A stretch of DNA of 64,000 bases from Candidatus Multivoradales bacterium (GTDB lineage: Bacteria > Acidobacteriota > Thermoanaerobaculia > Multivoradales > J023): positions 224,001 through 288,000 of the forward strand of contig CBDFLE010000005.1 of assembly GCA_965248925.1 (NCBI GenBank). Reading direction: 5' to 3'. The notes below the pieces were generated by a model. The model saw only the letters and a program-made list of their open reading frames with translations. It ran no database searches and had not been told where the DNA came from. The translations under genes were made by a program, and so were the position numbers. Below, piece after piece: positions 18,743 through 28,320 of this stretch. Each line of letters starts with the position of its first letter. Position 1 is the stretch's first letter.

Positions 18743-19603
18743 TCAAGCGCGCTGGATGATCTCGATGTCAGTGGCCTGCAAGCCGTCGCCGCGCTCGGAG
18801 GGGCCAACTTCGAATTCGAAGACGTAATCGCGATTTGGTAGATTCGCCGGTCGCACGTCGCTGGGCAGCAGAGAAGCGTGGAAGAACGCCGTTTCGAAAG
18901 GTGATTCCGGATGCCGCGCGTCGGTGAACCACAAGCCAGGAGCGATCTTGGTGAGAAAGCGCATGTAGCCGAAACCACGTTCGGACTCGTACCAGTAGCA
19001 CCAACCGCGGACCCGCGAGCCCTCTTCACCCCAGATCGGTCGCTGGGTGTTGGGGGGCGGCGTGACAGTGCCGCTGCGCAACATGGGGATCATGTTGGGA
19101 ATGCAGAAGCCGGAGAAGAACATATCGGCCTCACTCTGCAAGGTGCGCGAGCTGTTGTTAAGGCCAACGATCTCGACCCGCAGCCCCTTGTTTTGGAGCG
19201 CTCTGATGACGTTGGCGAAGTCGCCGTCGCCGGTGGCGATCAGCACCTTGTCGAGGTTTTCCGACTGCAGCAGTGCGTCGACTGCCAGGTCAAGATCGGC
19301 GTCAGCCTTGCCGTAGTGGTTGCCAGCTTCGTCGCGATACCAGTTGATTTCCTTGACCACCACTCTGTAGCCGTAGTCCCGGAGCTTGGAGTGGAAGCTG
19401 GTGGCGCCGTCACGGTAGGTGTGATCGCGCTTGGCGCGCTCTGCGTCGAAGGTCACGTAGGCGTTGAGTCGTAAGGGATCTGCCTGATCACGACAGGCAA
19501 ACTCTCGTAGCACGTCGTACTGCAAACGCTGACCGCCGTTGCGGTACATATTGGCGACATCGGCGTAGACCCCGACCTTCGATCTCGACTTGGGAATAGT
19601 CAT
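18743..19603 (-). CDS. NYN (LabA/DUF88) domain protein with C-terminal cold-shock-like OB domain
   Basis: VYADVAN, KADADLDLAVD, ATGDGDF, L...AD.F; then G..YWY..ERGFG...FFHAS...FEFEV...G.QA.DI. Confidence 0.85.
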   Translation of the reverse strand: MTIPKSRSKVGVYADVANMYRNGGQRLQYDVLREFACRDQADPLRLNAYVTFDAERAKRDHTYRDGATSFHSKLRDYGYRVVVKEINWYRDEAGNHYGKADADLDLAVDALLQSENLDKVLIATGDGDFANVIRALQNKGLRVEIVGLNNSSRTLQSEADMFFSGFCIPNMIPMLRSGTVTPPPNTQRPIWGEEGSRVRGWCYWYESERGFGYMRFLTKIAPGLWFTDARHPESPFETAFFHASLLPSDVRPANLPNRDYVFEFEVGPSERGDGLQATDIEIIQRA

Positions 19604-19835
19604 CTTTCTTTCTCCAGATTTCTAGTCGTCGATCACCCGCGAAGCCCGAGCCCCGAGCTGTGTACCGCGAGGATCCACGACACCCCGACCACCGGCCGGA
19701 GTAAAGCGACTTAGAAATTAATCGCAGAGTAAATGTCCGACCTCTCTAGCTGGCCGGATCGCGAAGTATAGACGGCGGAGGAGCCAGGGTCACCCGAGTT
19801 CACGACACTTTCTCTGGAGCATTCCACATGTTCTC

Positions 19836-20951
19836 TCAGATGGTTGAAAAAGCAAATTCAGAATAGGCCAATTCGGCGGTGGCAAACCACTGGTATGCCT
19901 CCTTTCGTACTTTGCTCCAGGCCTCGTAGACCTTGCGATAGCTGGCGTCCGCCGCCGCCTGATCGGCGAGCATTTCCAAAGAGGTACGGCGGGCCGCCTC
20001 TAGTAGATCGTTGGAGAAGCGGCGTATCTTCACCCCATCGGCGATCAAGCGGCCGAGGGCCGCCGGGTTGAGCTGGTCGTAGCGCGCCTGCATGGTAACC
20101 GCCGACTCGCTGGCCGCGCTGATGAAGATGTCGCGAAAAATCGCTGGCAGCTGGTCCCAGGCACGACGATTCACCAAGTAAGACAGGGAGGGGCCTGGCT
20201 CCCACCAACCTGGGTAGTAGTAGTTGCGCGCTACCTTGTGGAAGCCGAGCTTCTCGTCGTCATAGGGCCCAACCCATTCGGTGGCATCAATCGCCCCGCG
20301 CTCGAGAGCGGGGAAGATCTCACCGCCGGGTAGCACCTGCACCGTCGCGCCGAGCCGGTTCATTACTTCGCCGCCGAGTCCGGGGATGCGTATCTTGAGG
20401 CCGCGCAGGTCGGTGGCTCTGTCGACTGGTTGTTTGAACCAACCGCCCATCTGGGCGCCGGTATTACCGGCCGGAAAATTGATGATGCCGAAATCGGCAA
20501 AGAGCTGCTGCATCAGCTCAAGGCCGCCTCCCTGGCTCAGCCAGGCCGTCTGCTGGCGGGAAGTCAAGCCGAAGGGTACACAGCAATCAAAGGCCAGTGC
20601 CGGATTCTTACCGGTGAAGTAGTAGCTCGCCGTATGCCCGATCTGTACCGTGTTCTGCTGCACGGCGTCCATCACTTGCAGGCCGGGCACCAGCTCACCT
20701 GCGGGATGAACGCGAATACGAAAATCCCCGTCTGACAGAGCCTCGACCCGTTGCGCCAGAACTTCAGCGGCGCCGAAGATGGTGTCCAGGGCGCGGGGAA
20801 AGCTCGACGCCAGCCGCCACCTCACCGCGGTGCGAGTGTGAACCTCCGGAGCGCCATCCTGAGAGCCGCCGCTATCGCTGGCGCAAGCGCCAGCTAGGCC
20901 GGCCCCGGCCGCCCCGAGCAGAGCCCGGGAGAGGAAATCTCTACGTTGCAT
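19836..20951 (-). CDS. dctP: TRAP transporter substrate-binding protein, Tat-exported
   Basis: MQRRDFL Tat signal; WRLASSFP, GNTGAQMGGWF, GLKIRIPGLGG, DATEWVGPYDD, YYPGWWEP. Confidence 0.92.
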   Translation of the reverse strand: MQRRDFLSRALLGAAGAGLAGACASDSGGSQDGAPEVHTRTAVRWRLASSFPRALDTIFGAAEVLAQRVEALSDGDFRIRVHPAGELVPGLQVMDAVQQNTVQIGHTASYYFTGKNPALAFDCCVPFGLTSRQQTAWLSQGGGLELMQQLFADFGIINFPAGNTGAQMGGWFKQPVDRATDLRGLKIRIPGLGGEVMNRLGATVQVLPGGEIFPALERGAIDATEWVGPYDDEKLGFHKVARNYYYPGWWEPGPSLSYLVNRRAWDQLPAIFRDIFISAASESAVTMQARYDQLNPAALGRLIADGVKIRRFSNDLLEAARRTSLEMLADQAAADASYRKVYEAWSKVRKEAYQWFATAELAYSEFAFSTI

Positions 20952-21116
20952 TGCCTGCCCCTCTGGCCGCCCACCGCGGGTCTCGCGCAGCTGCTCTAAC
21001 TGGCTGCCCTCGGCCAGCGGAGAGTCGATGAGTGGGTGAAAGAAAGTCCAGCTGAAGTGTAGCACCGCGCCGTGGGCACCCTTGCAGAGCGCTAGTTCTA
21101 GCCTCTGGGCCGCGGG

Positions 21117-21656
21117 CTACTTGCGGCGGCGCATGCGCTGCATCACCGATCGCTGGTCGGAGTAACCAGAGCGGAGGCGCCGAAAATCATTGTCGCTGAA
21201 GCCCAGCTCTTCGGAAATCATGCGGATCTGAGCTTCTTCGACCCCGGAGATCGATCCGTCTGCGGCACCGACTGCAAACAGACAATCGAGCAACTGCTCT
21301 CGCTGTTCGCGATCGGCAAGGTTGGCGAACTGCCGCGTTACCTGATAGTTCTCGGTGCCGCCCATCAGCCGATTCTGCGCTTTGGCAATCTCCACCACCA
21401 TCACCGCCTGCTCTTCCGGCAGGCCGCCGAGGCCGCTGACGATTTGCTCCATCTCGAGGCTTTCTTGCTCGCTGATGTCGAGATCGGCGTTGGCCACTCG
21501 ACCGAGGATGTAGGCGAAAGCAGCGATGAAACGCGCTTGTTGCGGCTCCAGCGCATCAAGTTGGCGGACGATCTTGCGCACCGTGGCGGTGTCAGCCTGA
21601 TGATCGGCAGTGGAGTCGCCACGGCCGAGGCCGAGGAAATCGAGTAGAGACTTCAT
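21117..21656 (-). CDS. TerB-like domain protein
   Basis: AYILGRVANADLDIS..E, LLDCLFAV.AADG.I...E. Confidence 0.8.
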   Translation of the reverse strand: MKSLLDFLGLGRGDSTADHQADTATVRKIVRQLDALEPQQARFIAAFAYILGRVANADLDISEQESLEMEQIVSGLGGLPEEQAVMVVEIAKAQNRLMGGTENYQVTRQFANLADREQREQLLDCLFAVGAADGSISGVEEAQIRMISEELGFSDNDFRRLRSGYSDQRSVMQRMRRRK

Positions 21657-21724
21657 CGGCCGCTGAGGACAATCCGGCAATCGGGGTGGGCGGTAGCCGG
21701 CTTTAGGAGCGGCGCGACGGGCAC

Positions 21725-22273
21725 TTACCCTGCCTGCGAGATGGGATTGAGGATCATGATCATCTGCCGCCCTTCGAGGCGACTGCGATGCTCGACAACT
21801 GCGATGTCGGTGGTGCGCTCGGTGACCTGGTCGAGGATGGCGACGCCGAGTTCCGGTCGACGCAGCTGCCTATAGCGGAAAAAGACGGTGATTTTGACCT
21901 TCTTGCCTTTCTTCAGGAAGCGAATTCCACGCTGTAGCTTGATCTCGAAGTCGTGCTGGTCGATGGTCGGCCGGAATTTAACTTCCTTGACCTCGATCGT
22001 CACGGCCTTCTTCTTCGACTCGCGAGCTTTCTTGTCGCGCTCGAACTTGACTTTGCCCCAGTCCATGATCTTGCACACCGGCGGATCTGCGGTGGCGCCG
22101 ACCTCGACCAGATCCAAACCCTGGTCTCGGGCACGAGTCTTGGCGTCCTCTAGCGCCACGATGCCGAGCTGGGTGCCGTCGTGGTCGATCAGGCGAACCG
22201 GGCTCTTGCGGATCTGATTGTTGGTTCTGGGCCCGGCTTGGACTCGAGGTCCGAAATACCTTGGTCTACGAAT
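21725..22273 (-). CDS. infC: Translation initiation factor IF-3, ATT start codon
   Basis: AGGAGG-AAGTA-ATT at 22273 is in frame; N.QIR...VRLID.DG.QLGI, LDLVEV...PPVCKIMD.GK, KEVKFRP.ID.HD. Confidence 0.93.
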   Translation of the reverse strand: MRRPRYFGPRVQAGPRTNNQIRKSPVRLIDHDGTQLGIVALEDAKTRARDQGLDLVEVGATADPPVCKIMDWGKVKFERDKKARESKKKAVTIEVKEVKFRPTIDQHDFEIKLQRGIRFLKKGKKVKITVFFRYRQLRRPELGVAILDQVTERTTDIAVVEHRSRLEGRQMIMILNPISQAG

Positions 22274-22587
22274 TACTTCCTCCTTGGGCTTAACGCCACT
22301 TCGGTCTGCTGTGGGAGCGGGCGATCCGCTCTAGTTGCTCGGTATCCATACCAGCAACAAAACCGGCAGGGAAACGGCGCGGCCGATCATACTACCAACG
22401 GCCCTCTGACGTGCCACTGTTAGGCACAGCTTTTTGGACTCTATTCTGAGCGCTCCTCCCGCTCTCTCCGGGTCAGAGGTTGGGTCGCCCAGTGCTTTCG
22501 GTTGTAGAGCACTCGCCGGTGCGGGCTCTCGCAGTCAGCCGTATCTCGGTGCCGTAGCCAGCGTCAGGTTGAGATAGGCTTCGCACC

Positions 22588-24375
22588 ATGTTCGACATCG
22601 TACTGGTCTGCACCATCATTGTTGCCGCCTTCGCCCTCTTCGCCTCCGAGAAGATGCGGGTCGATCTGGTGGCGCTATTAATCCTCGCCTCTTTGGCCCT
22701 GATCGGGCAACTGCGACCCGGCTTCCTGTCGGTCGAGGAAGCCATTTCCGGGTTTAGCGACAAGGCGACGGTCACCATCGGCGCGATGTTCATTCTCAGC
22801 AGTGCGCTGACCAAGACTGGGGCGCTCGGCTGGATCAGTCGCAAGATGTCGGAGCTCGCCCATGGCAGCGAACTTCGACTGACGATCATTCTGATGACCA
22901 TCGTCGGGGTCGCTTCGGCCTTCATCAATAACGCCGCGGCGGTGGCGATCTTCCTGCCGATCACCGTCTCCCTGGCTAAGGACAATGGCATCAGCCCCTC
23001 GAAGCTCCTGATGCCCCTCTCCTTTGCCTCTATCGCTGGTGGCACCTGCACCTTGCTCGGCACTTCGACCAACATCCTGGTGAGCTCGCTTGCCGCCAGT
23101 CGCGGCCAGCCCGAGTTCTCGATGTTTGAGATGACCAAGCTCGGCGTCGTCTTCTTGGTCGTCGGTTTGGCCTACCTGGCACTGATCGGCCGCAAGTTGC
23201 TGCCTGATCGCGACGCCAGCAGCCTGACCCGCAAATACAAGCTGGCCCGTTATTTGACCGGACTGGTTGTTCTGGACGATTCCAAACTGATCGGCAAGAG
23301 CCTCTCAGATGTGAAGCTCGGCGAACTTTACGATGTCACGGTGCTTGAGATCATCCGTGGAGAGAAGCGCATCTGGTCGGGTTTGGGGACCGCCAGGCTC
23401 CAGGTCGGCGACCATTTGCTGGTGCGCGGTGCTCTGGACGGCATCCTTGAGATGAAAAGAGTGGAAAGCGTCGCCATTCGCTCGGAGGTCAAGTACGCGG
23501 ACCAGGCACTGACCTCCGAGGACACGGTGTTGATCGAGGGCATCGTCTCGCCTTCCTCGTCCCTGGTCGGTCAGAGCCTCAAGGAAGCCAACTTCCGCCA
23601 CCGTAGCGGTGTCTTTGCGTTGGCTATCCGCAAGCACGGCGAGACCATCAGGGATCTTGTTGGCAAGATCACCCTCGAGATCGGCGACACTCTGCTGCTC
23701 CAGGGCCGGCGCGGCTCGGTCGAGCATCTGGCGGACAAACCCTATTCGCTGGTTCTGCAGCAGCTTGAGCTGCCGGAAATGAGCACCAGAAAGGCCATCT
23801 ATGCCGGTTCGATTATTGCCGCGGTGGTGGTTCTCGCGGCCACCGGAGCCTTGCCGATTCTGGTGGCGGCGATCTTGGGCTGCGTCATGGTGGTGCTGAC
23901 TCGCTGCATCTCTTTGCAGGACGCCTACGACTCCATCGACTGGTTCGTGATATTTCTGCTGGCAGGAATGATTCCTCTCGGACTCGCCATGGAGAACACG
24001 GGCGCCGCGGCGGTCATAGCTTCGGGCATTCTCGATCTCACCAGCTCTTGGGGGCCAACGATTTTACTGTCGGCCTTCTATCTGCTGACCACCCTCTTCT
24101 CATCAGTCATGTCGCACAACGCCGCGGCGGTCGTCCTTGTGCCCATCGGCATGGCCACGGCACAGGAGCTGGGTCTGGATCCGCGACCCTTCCTGATTGC
24201 GATCACTTTTGCCGCCTCCTCTTCCCTGGCAACCCCCTTCGGTTATCACACCAATCTGATGGTCTATGCTCCGGGCGGCTACCGCTTTTCTGACTACCTG
24301 AAAGTCGGGATCCCGCTCAATCTTCTGTTCTGGCTGATCGCCTCGATCCTGATTCCGATCTTCTGGCCCCTGTAG
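22588..24375 (+). CDS. SLC13/CitMHS-type anion transporter with TrkA-C domains
   Basis: SAFINN, SPSKLLMPLSFAS..GG.CTL.GTSTN, two TrkA-C repeats, TPFGYHTNLMV..PGGY.F.D. Confidence 0.9.
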   Translation: MFDIVLVCTIIVAAFALFASEKMRVDLVALLILASLALIGQLRPGFLSVEEAISGFSDKATVTIGAMFILSSALTKTGALGWISRKMSELAHGSELRLTIILMTIVGVASAFINNAAAVAIFLPITVSLAKDNGISPSKLLMPLSFASIAGGTCTLLGTSTNILVSSLAASRGQPEFSMFEMTKLGVVFLVVGLAYLALIGRKLLPDRDASSLTRKYKLARYLTGLVVLDDSKLIGKSLSDVKLGELYDVTVLEIIRGEKRIWSGLGTARLQVGDHLLVRGALDGILEMKRVESVAIRSEVKYADQALTSEDTVLIEGIVSPSSSLVGQSLKEANFRHRSGVFALAIRKHGETIRDLVGKITLEIGDTLLLQGRRGSVEHLADKPYSLVLQQLELPEMSTRKAIYAGSIIAAVVVLAATGALPILVAAILGCVMVVLTRCISLQDAYDSIDWFVIFLLAGMIPLGLAMENTGAAAVIASGILDLTSSWGPTILLSAFYLLTTLFSSVMSHNAAAVVLVPIGMATAQELGLDPRPFLIAITFAASSSLATPFGYHTNLMVYAPGGYRFSDYLKVGIPLNLLFWLIASILIPIFWPL

Positions 24376-24424
24376 CAGCGACCCAAGGCGGTCGCTTGAG
24401 CCAGGACAACGCCTGGGCTTCGCC

Positions 24425-27064
24425 CTAGAGCGCACCTGGATGTGGTGGCCAGAGGTGGCGCTCGAAGAGGGCGAAGATTCGCCGGTACTCGTTCAGCCAA
24501 CTGGCCGGACGACGAAAGCCGTGCCGTTCTTGAGGATAGATGGCGACTTCCCAATTCTCTTTCTCGAGCTCGATTAACCGTTGCGCGAGGCGGACGGTGT
24601 CCAAGAACAACACGTTGTCGTCGAGCATGCCATGGCAGATCAGCAGCGGTTTGGTCAGTCCCTCGGCGAACTCGATCGGCGAGCTGCGGGCATACGCCTC
24701 GGGATCGATCTCCGGGGTGTTGAGAATGGCCGAAGTGTAGCCGTGGTTGTAGTGTGCCCAATCAGTCACTGGTCGCAGGGAGGCGCCGGCGGCGAATAGC
24801 TCGGGGGTCTTGAACAGGGCCATGAAGGTCATGAAACCACCGTAAGAGCCACCGTAAATGCCAATCCGCCCCGGGTCGACAGCGTGGTTGTCGATCAGCC
24901 AGCTACGGCCATCGACATAGTCTTCGAGTTCCGGGGTGCCCATCTGGCGGTAGATGGCGGTGCGCCAATCGCGGCCATAGCCCCGCGAGGCCCGATAGTC
25001 GAGATCGAGCACCAAGTAGCCGTGGTGGGCGAGTAGGGAGTGGAACATGAATTCACGGAAATAGCCCGACCAGCCCTGATGAGCGTTCTGCAGGTAGCCG
25101 GCGCCATGGACGAACATCACCGCCGGGCGTGGCCCATCGCCGACGGCTGTCCGAGCTTCGGCCGGCGGCAGATACAGGCGGCCGTAGATCGGTCGTGACT
25201 GGTGACTCGAGGGCACCTTGACGAAGATCGGCTCGACCCACGGCAAGCTCTCGAACTCTTCGCTGACGGTGTGGGTGAGGCGCCGCGTCGGGGCGCCGGG
25301 GCGGGCGTCTTGGACGAAGAGTTCGGGCGGCCTGCCGGCGCTCGACTGGCGGATCAGCAAGCGCTCGCCGTCCGGCGACAGCCAGGACCGCGAGGTGCCA
25401 CCCAATTCGGTCAACTGTTCCGGCTCGCCGCCTTCGACGGCAACCCGATACGTCTCGTAGATGCCCGGATGGTGGAGATTGGAGCGATAGTAGAGCCGCC
25501 TACTGTCGGCGCTGGCCTGGGGATACTCAACCACCTGCTGGCCGTCGGTGAGCTGGCGTAGCTCTTTGGCCTCTAGGTCATAGAGGTAGAGCTGGGAATA
25601 ACCGGTGGCTTCTGAGAGCAAGAAGAAGCCGCTCGAGTCTGGCAACCAGCCGAGCTCGTTGTGGTGCCAGTTGATCCACCCTTCATCACTCAGTCGGTGG
25701 ATTACCCGCAGGGGTTGCTCGGCGGCCGGAGTGACCAGCAGAGTCCAGCGGTCTTTGTTGTCTGCCGACAAGGCGTGGAGCACCGCATGACGGCCGTCCG
25801 GACTCCAGCTCAGACCCTCGAAGGTCACCGCACGCTGTTCCGGCTCGTCTTCGTCCTGCTCGCTGGCCTGTTCGCTGGCCTGCTGTGCCGCCGCTCGTCG
25901 GGCTGCCTTTTTTTGCCGTCGGCTCTGACGGTCAGACGGACCGCCGTCAGCAGGCTTTCCAACAAGATCGCTGTCAACAGGGTCGGCCGCGGTTTCGGCG
26001 TTGGCATTGGCGTCCTCGGCTTCTTGGCGACGTTGCGCGGCGGCATGGCGCAATTCTGCCAAAGGGTCCTGACGGATGCCTTCGAGCAGATCCAGGTCGA
26101 GATCGTGGCGCTGATGCTGGACCAGATCAAGGAGTACCAGCTGGGTAGCAATCGGCTCGCCGCTACCGACTTTGGGTCGCACTTCCTCGATATCGACGTA
26201 GCCATCCTCGGTGACGAAGACCGGCAGGTTGTCGCGCTCACCCAGTTGTGCGGCGGCGGGTTGCAGGGTGATCAGCATGGCTTCTGTCGAGGGCGACAGA
26301 GCGGCCGCCGTGACCTCGATCTCCTCACCCAGATACCAGGGCTCGGGACCCAAGCTGGCGTCGGCTGCTCGTTGTTGATGTTGGCGCTGTCGGTGAGCTT
26401 GGCGTTTGGCCTTGTCACGGCGCAGGGAGTCGAAAAGGTCGAGCTGCTGCTGCCCTAGATAGTCCGCCGGTTCGTCGTCTTCGTCCTCGGGTGCCGCTTC
26501 GTTGCGCAGGTCGGCAGCTTGGTGTTCGAGGCCGCTGGCCAGGTCGCGCACCAGCACGACTTGTTGCCGGCTGAAGATCACCCCGCGTCCATCGGCGGTG
26601 AACAGTGCGGCGGATTCCTCATCGGCGGTGCGGGTGAGTTGGATGACCTGGCCACTGGCGAGATGGCGGACGAAGACATCACCATGGCGCTGGTAGACCT
26701 TGTGTTGCCGGTCCGCGCTCCAGACTCCGCCCGCCGTGTCGGCAGTGGCGAGGGCCGCCAGATCCACCGCTTGCGGGTCGCCACCGACGAGTTTGATGGC
26801 GACTAGTTCGCGGTCGTCTTGGTCTTGGAGGTTGCGGAAGAAATAAACTGTCTCGCTATCGGCGGACCAGTAGGGGGCGAGGGGAGTGTCGGCGATCCAC
26901 AGCGGATCGGCCATGATGCGTTCCAGGGTGATGGGACCCTGGCCAGGGACGGCGAAGCTGGTGCCGGCGATCGCCAGAAGCACCAGCAGCATCAGACTGC
27001 GAGGCAGCCGTAGCCCGTGGGCAAGCGAATCTTGGTGCGCCAATCCTCGGTGGTCAGCAGCCAT
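24425..27064 (-). CDS. S9 family (DPP IV-like) peptidase, exported
   Basis: Beta-propeller region; VHGAGYLQN, GIYGGSYGG, HGMLDDNV, ERHGF catalytic triad. Confidence 0.92.
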   Translation of the reverse strand: MAADHRGLAHQDSLAHGLRLPRSLMLLVLLAIAGTSFAVPGQGPITLERIMADPLWIADTPLAPYWSADSETVYFFRNLQDQDDRELVAIKLVGGDPQAVDLAALATADTAGGVWSADRQHKVYQRHGDVFVRHLASGQVIQLTRTADEESAALFTADGRGVIFSRQQVVLVRDLASGLEHQAADLRNEAAPEDEDDEPADYLGQQQLDLFDSLRRDKAKRQAHRQRQHQQRAADASLGPEPWYLGEEIEVTAAALSPSTEAMLITLQPAAAQLGERDNLPVFVTEDGYVDIEEVRPKVGSGEPIATQLVLLDLVQHQRHDLDLDLLEGIRQDPLAELRHAAAQRRQEAEDANANAETAADPVDSDLVGKPADGGPSDRQSRRQKKAARRAAAQQASEQASEQDEDEPEQRAVTFEGLSWSPDGRHAVLHALSADNKDRWTLLVTPAAEQPLRVIHRLSDEGWINWHHNELGWLPDSSGFFLLSEATGYSQLYLYDLEAKELRQLTDGQQVVEYPQASADSRRLYYRSNLHHPGIYETYRVAVEGGEPEQLTELGGTSRSWLSPDGERLLIRQSSAGRPPELFVQDARPGAPTRRLTHTVSEEFESLPWVEPIFVKVPSSHQSRPIYGRLYLPPAEARTAVGDGPRPAVMFVHGAGYLQNAHQGWSGYFREFMFHSLLAHHGYLVLDLDYRASRGYGRDWRTAIYRQMGTPELEDYVDGRSWLIDNHAVDPGRIGIYGGSYGGFMTFMALFKTPELFAAGASLRPVTDWAHYNHGYTSAILNTPEIDPEAYARSSPIEFAEGLTKPLLICHGMLDDNVLFLDTVRLAQRLIELEKENWEVAIYPQERHGFRRPASWLNEYRRIFALFERHLWPPHPGAL

Positions 27065-27723
27065 TACGGCTGCTCGACGCTGCGTAACATGGCTGAGAAG
27101 GCATCGTGCTCGGCAGCCAGAGTTGCCGCCGGTCCGACCACCTTGAAGAACCAGGGACCGCTCGTGCCTTCGACCACCGCGCCGAGCAAGCCGCTGTCGG
27201 GCTGTGGGGTGGTGGGGCCGGTCCCCATCATGCTGGGTTTGAGAGTGCCGTCGACGGCGATGGTGTGGACTTTGAAGGCGCCGACCTCGAAGTCACCTCG
27301 TTGCTCGGGCGAGGTGGCCTCGATCTGACCGGCCCAACGGTTGAGATTGTCCGTCACGCCACCGCCACCGCCGGGGCCAAAGTAGAAGACGGTGAGCTGA
27401 GCTTCGCCAGCGCTGCCAGGAATCCGCGCTTGCGCCAGCCGCATGGTCTGGGCCGGAGCCTCCCGCTGCCAGTTCTCAGGCAAGGTGAAGAGGGCGCCGG
27501 GGGCCACCAGCACGCGACCCTCGGCGGCTGGAAGCTGTGCCGTGGACCCGCTTGGGGACGAACCGTGGCGTGAAGAGATAGGTTCGATCGGGCTCGGATC
27601 GCTAGTCTCGGCAGGCGTACGCGGCGGCGCTGAGGTGTCGGCATTCGGCGTCGGTTGCTCGGCCGTGCAGGCCACCAGCAACCACGAGATGAGAAGGGCG
27701 CAAATAACGCTCAATAGGCGCAT
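27064..27723 (-). CDS. Conserved hypothetical lipoprotein
   Basis: Lipobox LLVAC; GGGV..N..RW.GQ and GPWFFK..GP motifs; stop overlaps the peptidase start. Confidence 0.75.
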   Translation of the reverse strand: MRLLSVICALLISWLLVACTAEQPTPNADTSAPPRTPAETSDPSPIEPISSRHGSSPSGSTAQLPAAEGRVLVAPGALFTLPENWQREAPAQTMRLAQARIPGSAGEAQLTVFYFGPGGGGGVTDNLNRWAGQIEATSPEQRGDFEVGAFKVHTIAVDGTLKPSMMGTGPTTPQPDSGLLGAVVEGTSGPWFFKVVGPAATLAAEHDAFSAMLRSVEQP

Positions 27724-27898
27724 GCTCGAGTCTCCTGAGGTTGGTCGAAGGAATAGGCTCTATTCTAGGTCGGCCGATGGTATGGGCACCAGGACTTATT
27801 GATCTGTGGCATGATTCAGAGCCCGAAGAGCAGCACCGCTGCGCGGCCGACGACTGATTCCAATTCGCCGGAGAAAGACTGGCAAAAGAGCTGATGTG

Positions 27899-28246
27899 AT
27901 GAGCGAACTACACAAACTGACTTCCGTCGATCAAGTCGAGCCTCTGCTAGAGCAGTCTCGCCAGCAGGCGGTGCTGATCTTCAAGCACAGCCTTACCTGC
28001 CCGATCTCCAATGCCGCTTTCAAACGCTACCAGAGCTACCTCGGCAGCCTCGCCGAGGACGACTCAACCCATCACTCTCTGGTCGAGATCCAGCGCGTTC
28101 GCGAAGTGTCCAAAGAAGTGGCGCGGGCGGTCGAGATCAAACACGAGTCGCCGCAAGCTATCTTGCTCCGCGATGGCGTAGTTGCCTGGCACGCCAGCCA
28201 TTGGGAAATTACCGAAGAGACCCTGCGCGACGCGATCGACGGCTGA
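27899..28246 (+). CDS. YtxJ/BrxC-like monothiol thioredoxin-fold protein (DUF2847)
   Basis: IFKHSLTCPIS, IKHESPQ, WHASH. Confidence 0.88.
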   Translation: MSELHKLTSVDQVEPLLEQSRQQAVLIFKHSLTCPISNAAFKRYQSYLGSLAEDDSTHHSLVEIQRVREVSKEVARAVEIKHESPQAILLRDGVVAWHASHWEITEETLRDAIDG

Positions 28247-28277
28247 AAACCGCCCCGAGAAGCGCTTGGAGCCCTTT

Positions 28278-28320
28278 TAACCATGTAATTTGTAAGGTAG
28301 ACTTACGAAATGCATGGTTA
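28278..28320. promoter_or_regulatory. Palindromic operator-like site over the ATPase start codon
   Basis: TAACCATGTAATTTGTAAG-GTAGA-CTTACGAAATGCATGGTTA; 16 of 19 arm positions match. Confidence 0.6.
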
